A stretch of 64,000 bases of DNA from Convolutriloba macropyga. Its lineage: Eukaryota. The position numbers and the translations under genes were made by a program. The notes beneath the pieces are model-generated. The model saw only the letters and a program-made list of their open reading frames with translations. It made no database searches and was not told the origin of the DNA. Below are positions 52,643 to 61,358 of this stretch, piece after piece (position 1 is the first letter of the stretch; each line of letters begins with the position of its first letter). The DNA is taken from assembly GCF_964194025.1 (NCBI RefSeq), contig NC_134470.1, forward strand, positions 36,580,001-36,644,000, written 5' to 3'.

Positions 52643-52993
52643 AAAAACAAGTGTGGCAGCAAACGTTCAAAGAAGAAGGGAAGCAAGAAGTAATTACCTG
52701 CAGTTAGTTATCTCCTATCCCCTTGTTTCCTTGTGTCTAGTTCTTGGTGCTCTCTGTGCTGGTAGCATCATGAGGCTTCTGTGCTTTGGAGCGGCCAATA
52801 TCTATTAGGTATCTAAAAAAACCCGTCCACTGAGAACTGTTTGCTTTGCTGGTAGCTTCCTGAGGCTTTTGTGCTTTGGAGCGGCCAATAGCAAAAAATT
52901 TCCCCCATTCTTACTTTCCCCCGTATTACAATTTCTCCGATCAACAATCTGCCATTTAAAATATAAACCCGAATAGTGCCATCCACCTAAATC

Positions 52994-53861
52994 ATGAAAA
53001 ACCGATTGGCCAAGTGTCACACCTGCAACGGAAACATTAAGAAAGATCGATTCGAATGCTTGTTCTTAAAGGCAATGCATTTGACCACAAACTGCACTCA
53101 ATTTGATAAAAAAAAGCATTGATGTCTTAACGAAATTGAAAGAAAACCTTCTCAACATATGCAACGACTGCAAAGACAATCGCGAGGAAAAACCGTGAGA
53201 AAAAAGCCTGAGTCATCGAAAAAGATTTGAACTAATTAAAAAGGCAAATGAAAACCTTCCAAGAAAGTATTAGTAAATCAAATGACTTGATCGAAACAGT
53301 CCAGGAGGAACTAAAACGAATGAAATAGACCCAACAGAAAAGCAATAGCACAGTTGTCGGGAACAAACGGGAAACGCAGGACAATCGACAACTAGCCAAT
53401 GCCACGTCACTGCTCAGAAACTTGGCATTATAATCAGGGGCATTCAGGAAAGCTCTTTAAAGTCTCCCGCACTCTGACATTGAAAATGTTGAGAAGTCCT
53501 AGAGTTCCTCAAATTCAAAGATAAACGACTAGCAAAAATCCACACGATTGGAAAATACGAGGCAGAAAAAGGAGGCTCCCGAACGGTTGTCATCCAGATG
53601 GAAAGTGAAATCAGCAGAGATCTGGTAATTAAATCCGCTCACCTGTTGAAAAACTACAAAAAAGTATTCATTAGCCCTGAACTCTCATAGGAGGATGCAA
53701 AGGAAGAAAATGAGTGCCTCCGAAAGAGACGACTGCTAATAATGAATCATCTCTTTGACAGAAAGAGTTTGCGAATCAGAAACTTGAAACTACAGCAAAA
53801 ACTCAACGGAAAGTGGGTGCGTGAACCCATGGAAGACGCTCCGGAGAGAGATCGCAAATGA
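52994..53861 (+). pseudogene. LINE ORF1 (PHD-like zinc finger, coiled coil, RRM-like region), disrupted
   Basis: MKNRLAKCHTCNGNIKKDRFECLF..HLTTNC...NICNDC, then LGIIIRGIQE...IGKYEAEKGGSRTVVIQM...KVFISPELS...LRKRR...LRIRNLKL...KW, typical of CR1-group ORF1. Confidence 0.75.
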
Positions 53862-56650
53862 CTACAAACAATCATATTACTAAATTTTAACGTTCGAAGC
53901 ATACTTAACTTAGACAGACGACTAACCCTAGCAAACACACTGACTAGTACTGACTATGACATACTGCTCCTCATTGAGGAACCGTGGTTAACCGAAAACT
54001 TTCCAAACAATGCTCTGTTTCTAACAGGCTTCACCATCTACCGAAGGGAGGGCACATGCGATCAAATCAACAACCAAACATGGTGGAGTGCTAATAGCTC
54101 TCAGAAAGGGTATTAAACATGAAGAAGTGTCGTTCAGCAGTGCTCCTCCTGATGTGTTGTCAAGATACTCACAAGACAAAAACCCATACTCATCTGCTAC
54201 GCATACAATTTATCTTCCGGAAGACCCTACCTCTGGGATAAGCAAAAGTTTGATAGTATGATCAAGGAACTCAACAATGAGAGCAACTGCGAACCTTATG
54301 AATGCACACTGATAACAGGAGACCTAAATCTTTCGAAAACTGACTGGAACACAATGTCCTCATCCGACGACTGAGTCTGAAATAGTTGACCTTTTATCAG
54401 GGTCAAATTTTACTAACATCACATCGCAGAAACTGGATGTTGTATTGACCGACAACCCAGAGCAAATATTTGAATCAACAACAGACGAATACCTAAACAG
54501 AAAATACTCATTCCAAGGTAAACCACTGTCAGACCACCTCCCAATTAAAACGATCATACAGACAAACATGACTTTCATAACAAAAACAGAAAACCTAATA
54601 TGCCTACAAGAAAGCACACTGGGCAAACTTGAATGAAACAATTTTAAAAAATCCTTTCGAACCATACTGCCTCAGCAATGTCGATTTCCTGTTAAAACAA
54701 TGGTACGATTGGATTGAAAACCATATCGATAGTAATATTCCAAAAATCACAAAACATCGGGCGAGCGTCCCGCCCTGGATTGCTCCCCCAACGTCTCATC
54801 TAATAAAAAAACTGCAAACCAAAAAACGGAAATGGAAAATTCTAAATCTCAACATAACGCTCAAATTGAAACGCCTAGAACGAGAAATCGAGATGGCAAC
54901 AAGCAATGACCTCGCAAACTATGAAGCGGAAGTGTTTCAAACAAGACAGTTCAGTAACATCCAAAGTACTCAGCCAGCATCCGCAAACACCCAAATGTGT
55001 CTCCGATAGTATACCTCGGCAATACGAGAGGTGAATCCGACAGAGAAAAAGCGGACCTATTCAACCGTTTCTTCAAAAGTTTTTGTAATGAAAAGAAGAC
55101 AACGCAGCTCAATCCCCAACAGCATTGAAATTAAAGATAGAAATTGGAAAAATATTGGAAACTCTGAAGTTAAACAAAGCAACGGGACCAGAAAAACTGA
55201 GAAACCTCATCTCGAAACAATGCTCAAAATCTCTTAGCAGGTCACTCAAATTAGAACTCCAGAGAGTACTAAACAAAGGCGTGTACCCGAAGTACTGGAA
55301 AATCAGTCAAATCTCAACAATCTTCAAAGAAGGTAATAAAACTGACGTCAAGTGTTACCGAGCCATCATTAGTCTTCTTTGCTGCATCTCCAAAGTATTT
55401 GAAAGACTTATCTTCAATGCCCTCTAAAGGCACTATAAAGTATGGCTGCATCAAAATCAGTTTGGATTTAGAAAGAACAGATCTGCCACAATTCAACTTT
55501 CGATTTTCCTAGAAAGTACGACGATGGTTGACAACCTCACAATCTTGTATCTGGACTTCGCCAAGCTTCCCGACAAGGTTTCCCATCACATCCTTATAGA
55601 GAAACTCAAGAATTTTGAAGTAGGTGGTAAATTGTTGACACCTCTGCATTCATACCTTGAAGACAGGCAACAGTACGTAAAGATCAATGATGATTGCTCC
55701 GATTACCTGGATGTCACGAGTGGTGTGCCCCAAGGCTCCATCCTCGGACCCCTACTGTTCCTGATTTTCATTAATGATCTACCCAATATAAAACCTGAAA
55801 TAGAAAACTACGGCTTTGCAGACGAATTTAAAATGATCGCACAGAGCCAAACGGAATTGGAAGCTGGAACCACCCACATCGAAATGTGGTGCAGGGAAAA
55901 CCAAATGGAGCTCAATGCGTCAAAATGCAAGCTACTGATTCTAAAAGGTCAGCTTTCAGCAAGTCTAAACAAAACTGACCTGAAAGAAGTCCCAGTACAG
56001 CGAGACCTATGGCTCCTCAAATCTCAACTGGGCAGAAAATTGTGAATCCGGATCCAAAAAGCAGCCGGTGCGTTTTCCGGATCAAGCGTAACATATCAAA
56101 CAAAAGCAGCATCTCAACAAATCTACACGCCTACACAGGATATGTTGTCCAAATCCTTACGTACTGCTCGCAAGCGTGGTATGCCAGCAAGACAAACCTA
56201 TCGAAATTCGAATCACTTCAGATAAAAGCGACTAAGTGGATTGTCAATGGACAAGTATCAGGATACAAGGAACGCCTATTAAAGCTCAAACTGCTACAAC
56301 TTAGTATGTATGCTGAGATGCACGACTTGCTACTTCTGATATCGCTAGATCGGAAAGAATACGATGTTGAAATTGAGAACATGAAGAGAAAAACGAATCA
56401 AATACTAGGCAAAATAGCAGAGGTGAATTTGAAATAAAAAACAGTAGACTTGCAAAAACAGATGAAAACTTCTTCCATCGAACAAAGCACCTTTACAACA
56501 CTAGCAACTACGGCGAAGTACTCAACAAGCAAACAATCACCAACATCTACTGGGAATACTTCACAAAAAGTTTTAATAATCAACTGAACAAGTGCACCTG
56601 GCGAATAATGTGGAACATGTAACAACTGGAAAAAGATAAACTGAAATAGA
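53862..56650 (+). pseudogene. LINE ORF2 (APE endonuclease + reverse transcriptase), disrupted
   Basis: LLNFNVRSI, EPWL, HGGVLIA, ITGDLN and SDHLPI (APE). KATGPE, YLDFAK..DKV, SGVPQGSILGPLLFLIFINDL and FADE (RT). Confidence 0.92.
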
Positions 56651-56939
56651 CTGACAAACACTGGAATTGACACCCCAGGGGCAATAACCCGAAGCTTGTA
56701 CTACTACTACTAAGACCGGCAAAGACTCGTGAAAACTCGATCAACAACCTATCTAGCTCAAAAGTATGATGACCAAAACAACGAAACCAGTTTCTTGTGG
56801 TCTGTAGTCTCCAAGTGTTGTCTGTCTGGATCAAACTTCAATTGAAAGAATTTGTAGTACACACCGGTCAGTCTTTTCTTTCAACGAGTTGGAGGGATGT
56901 CGCGGGCGCTCACTCCTAGCAACGTTCCAATGAACGCGG

Positions 56940-57560
56940 CTAGCATTGTGGCCCTTCCTTATTCAGCAGTCGCTTTCCTGTTACCTTTTTGAGAATTATC
57001 GTGCAGAACATCGTTATTACTTTTATTCTCGTGAATGTTATGTGCCCAGTCTATATCGTAGCGATCTTTGAGGATGTCAAGGAACTGCATAACAAGTAAA
57101 CCTTGGTGCAAAAACACTGGTAGTTTCATATCTTCTTTCGAGGGTTTCCAGGTCATATCCGTACATCAGAATGGGGGATTATTTCCTGTTTGTATGTCTC
57201 TTTTCGACTGCCATTTGGTCCTGGTGGAAATATTTGTGTTGATCATTTGGAGACCTTTCATTGCTTTCGACGGTCGGTGTTCAGCATGTTGTTGCGATGT
57301 CAGATCCATGGACATGACTAATCCAAGATTTTACTCCACTTCCATATTTTCGAGGGAGGCGTCCTTCATACGCATGTTCACCACGCTTCTGAAGCAAACA
57401 ACCACGCTTTTCTCATTGGTTAGGCTCGTTAGCATCCGTTCACACAATTTCTTGGCCTTGACATGCATCTATTTGAGAGCGAGGGAATTCGTGCTGATGA
57501 CGTTGTAGTCATTTGCGTAGACACAGACAACTATATAATGACAACACAAACGCCTCCTGT
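56940..57560 (-). mobile_element. 3' RT fragment of a second CR1/L2-like LINE; a shorter related fragment at ~57845-57960
   Basis: Minus translation: VYANDYNVISTN...NLGLVMSMDLTSQQHAEHRPSKAMKGLQMINTNISTRTKW...PILMYG..TWKPSKEDMKL (degenerate YADD and RT C-terminal region). The second fragment reads SADDYKILSTNDITLQID. Confidence 0.7.
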
Positions 57561-58526
57561 TAAAATATCAACTCACTGTTGGTAACAAAATCAGAAGAAC
57601 GAAAGAATTGACTTCTTCTTCAAGTAAAATCATAGAACAAACTTATAATTTCTAGCATATCTATGAACACATCTATGAATATATATGAACACAAATTATT
57701 TTCCATTTTAAATGCATGGTATTTTATAGAACGTTATATCTCAGATCATTCAATGAAATCTATTTACTCGCTGTATCATTTCATTTTACTATTAACCGAA
57801 ACCATATTTCACGAGCCCCGTATTGTTAAACAATTATGAAATTCTGCTTACGCAATTTCTTACCCATGCCAGCGTCTATTTGGAGAGTGATGTCATTCGT
57901 GCTTAAGATCTTGTAGTCATCTGCGCAGACACATACGATTACAGCATGACAACACAAATGTCACCTTTCAAAACGATTACAAAAATCAACTGTCACTTGT
58001 TATTAACAAAATCAAGAGAGAACAATATTCCAAGATCCTCTTATTTTACTGTTTTGTTTATTATTTGAATTAATATCACTTCAATTTTAAATAGAATAAC
58101 TTTAAGTTGGATTTAACCTGATAATGCTATATATTGCGGAAAGCTGTATTGTAAATAGAATAACTTAAGTTGCATTTTACATTAATTTTCACAATTGACA
58201 TAGCTTTTTAACAACTAATTTCAATTAATTTCAATCAATAGATTAGATAGATACCTAGAAGGGCACAAAACAATGATGTTCCTTGAAAATGTAACTTTTA
58301 GAACATAATGAAAACATTTACAGGCAGTTAACTCTTCCATGCTATTAACCAGGTTACTTAAAACAATAAGCCGCATTTGCTATTAAAAATGTCCCATCTG
58401 TCATTAAAAAAATGGTTTGGAATAGCAAAACCGTCGAGTGCGAAATATGTGAGAACTGGTATCAAATAAAATGTCAAAATATAAGTAAAAGAAACCAATT
58501 TGTCAAATTAAAATTACTTCCAATAC

Positions 58527-58571
58527 TTAAAACAAACGTTTTCGAACTTTACGTTCATCGTCAGGTTAAAA
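58527..58571 (-). ncRNA. Minimal type I hammerhead ribozyme motif in the PLE 3' end
   Basis: Minus strand: aac-CUGACGA-U-GAAC-guaaa-GUUC-GAAA-ACGU-U-U-guu. Both core boxes, a 4-bp stem II, palindromic AAACGUUU at stem III and a short stem I. Minimal hammerheads are a known feature of PLE pseudo-LTRs. Confidence 0.6.
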
Positions 58572-58918
58572 CTGTTTTACAAATTTTTAAAAGATAAAAT
58601 GAATATGTATTTACATTTGTCTGAGATGACAATTAAAACAATTCTAGGAAACATTCTAAAAAATTCAATCGAAAATTTTTCCTTATATACAATATTTAGC
58701 CTATTTACAACACATATTTACATCTGTTATCAATTTACTTAAAAACATTCCTATTCCGGATTTTTCGATTTTGTCCATGTTCTTGTATTTTTAGGGTTAT
58801 TCCGAATTTGCCCTAACCATAAGTATCCCTCTTGTGGAGGTTTTGCAAATTTCGTTTTGTCATGCACAAAATGTTTTTTGCCCTATGCATTCTCATTTAG
58901 TCAAAAATATGATTTGAA

Positions 58919-61358
58919 CTAATATTTTAGCGTGAGTTCCCTCCCCCTATATTCGTCGCGTGTGTTTAGTGCCGGCTTCAGCTTGCTGATATATATAGCT
59001 TCGATGATCATTAGTTTTTCTACTGACCGACAGGCGTCCAGAATTCTCCATTCAATGTCATTCGTGGCGCCACGACATTCAACTAGATGTTGACCCACCT
59101 GTGAATCTTTCTTTTGATGTTCTGTTATCCTTGTGGTAACATGCCGGCTTGTTTGCCCAACATAGATGGATCCGCATCCATTACATTTAATTTCATATAC
59201 CACGTGGGATTTCAGATCTCTATCAAAGGATGATTTCAAGGTGGGGAGGCACGATCTTAATTTTCGCGTTGTAAAAACTACTTGCAATTCGCATAGTTTC
59301 TTCAATTTGCTTGCGAAGTTTTGAGTGAGGTTGCCTCTGTATTGTAGAAAAATAGTTGGCTTATCATTAGATTTAGTCTTGCTTTTTTGATGCTCTTTTG
59401 GTGTTGTTCTTAATTGGTCTTTACCGCCACTTATTATTTTTTCTAGAGTCTGATTCACAATTTTTGAAGACCATTCCTCTGGATATTGATTTTTGGTCCA
59501 GCAAGATTTGTTCTTTTCAAGAGCCTGATCGAAGGCCAACCAATTAGAGGTTGCATTAAAAACCCTGTGAACCGTCCCTTGAATCACATTTTTCTTATGT
59601 TGAAGCGGTGCACAGCTGCGAAAATTCAGTATTATTCCAGTGTCAGTTGGTTTTTGATACCAATGACAGGTGATATTATTTTTGCTGCTCACATTTACGT
59701 TAATGTCAAGAAAAGCCAAACTCCCATCCATGTTCACTTTTTCTAAGGTAAATTGCAGGTTGTTGTGTAATGAATTTGCAAATTTTAAATACTCATCCGG
59801 GTCACCACGAACCGTGCAGATAATATCATCCACATACCTTTTAAACAATTTCATCTCCTTATCGTGTCCCACTGTCTGTTGGTTGCTGCAATAAGTACAA
59901 ATCCAAACCACATCCTGCATGTTGGCGTATTCCTCATTCGATATTTTTTGGCATCTTGCATGAAACCAGTTTTTGCATGACTCACATTCCACTCCTTTTC
60001 CTCGGTAGGTCACTCTCCGGTTACAGTCTTTGCAATTCCCGTTTTGGTCGCATCTGGAAAAGTTTTTACTGAGCTCTGGTTTTTGAAGTGATGCCTCAAA
60101 CAATTTCATCCACACATTTGCTAGTATTACAGCCAGTGATGCACCCATAGCCAGTCCCTCTGATTGTACATACCAGATCCCATTACATTTGAAATGAACA
60201 TTCGTCACCGCAAGCTTTAGCAAACTTTTCATGGCGGACCTTGGGATATCTGGAGCTAGATTGCTTGAATAGAGATCTCTTAGAGCAATTTCTATAGCCT
60301 CTCCAACTGGAACGTTGGTGTACAAACTTTTTACGTCAAGAGATACTATCTGCTCGTCATCTTCAAGAGTGAGAGACTCTAAGGCTTTTCTAGCATCTTG
60401 CGTGTTGGTTTCAATGTTTGCGCCCGGTAGTTTCTGGAAAAATGGTGTCAAAAATCTGTTCAAGTTTTCGTAGCTGCTACCCGGTATTGAAAGAACAGGT
60501 CGGAGAGGTGTATCTTTTTTATGTACCTTTGCCAGGCCATAAAGCCTCGCTGGTTGTGAACCTGTTGACCTGAGTCTTTGATAAATTTTGTCACTAATTT
60601 TCCCTTGCTTCATTAAATTTTGCAGGCTGTTATTGATCTGTTTTTCATTTTCGATCTTTAGCTAATTCGATTTTTTGAAATTGATCTGAGTTCAGTACCT
60701 CATCAAGTTTTTCCCTGTACGTTGACTTCTTCATCACACAGAAACCGCAACCTTTGTCAAATGGTACCGCCAGCAAATAATTGGCTTTTAGGTAATCATG
60801 CACTTTTTTGACCCCTCTATCCAATGGGGTTTCACGTACATTCTTTGCATACCATTTTGCGGACGCCTCAATTTCACAAAGTTTCTCACCCTCAGTGTTT
60901 TTCTCGCGTAACTCACGTACAAGTTTGTCTACATCTGCGAGAAAGTGCACCTCATTAAACTTGTCTCTCACTGGGTGTTTAGGTCCCAACGATAGGATGT
61001 CAAGTACAAACTTTGGAAGTTCCGGGCCATCCATTATCACAACATTACTGTGGGAGCCATTCCGCAGTGGTCTATCCTGTCTCTCTGACAGTTTATCAAG
61101 TTTTCCATTAAGTCTGTTCTGAACCATTGCGGAGTGACCCCTCATATCACGCTTAATGCAGCTAACAACGGATGGCATCAGTTCTGGTCTCACCTTCTCC
61201 CTAAAACTACTCCTATCTGTCTCAAGTTTTTCCCTGAACACTTTACGGCCTTTCTCCGCACGGTTTATTTCTTGTTTTAGGAGCTTTAATTGAAAACTGT
61301 GCACCGCTTGTTCAGAAAAAATTTCATTTTTAGGAGCGCGAAACCTCAAAAAATCCGG
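58919..61358 (-). pseudogene. PLE polyprotein (N-terminal domain, RT with PHD insertion, GIY-YIG endonuclease); one frameshift near 60650
   Basis: ORFs 60645-61349 and 58919-60613 join through a single frameshift (AKD|IENEKQINNSLQNLMKQG). Motifs: PFDKG, LYGLAKVHK..PLRPV, SLDVKSLYTNVP, GLAMGASL, RYVDD, FLD, YQKPTDT, VVYEIKC..C..IYVGQT, EAIYI...P.LN. Confidence 0.93.

Larger units (their letters stand above)
52085..56711 (+). mobile_element. Decayed CR1/L2-like non-LTR retrotransposon (5' boundary uncertain, may start at ~52700)
   Basis: PHD/coiled-coil ORF1, APE endonuclease + RT ORF2, and a 3' (TAC)n microsatellite tail at ~56698-56711. Many stops and frameshifts. Confidence 0.88.
58489..61358 (-). 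mobile_element. Young, 5'-truncated Penelope-like element flanked by a 6-bp TSD AAGTAA
   Basis: AAGTAA at 58483-58488 and 61359-61364. Contains the RT + GIY-YIG ORF and a ~430-nt 3' region. Confidence 0.92.

Noticed and set aside
60614-60660. Programmed frameshift between the two PLE ORFs
   Set aside because: PLEs normally have a single ORF, there is no clear slippery heptamer, and the junction looks shortened, so a small inactivating deletion is the simpler explanation.
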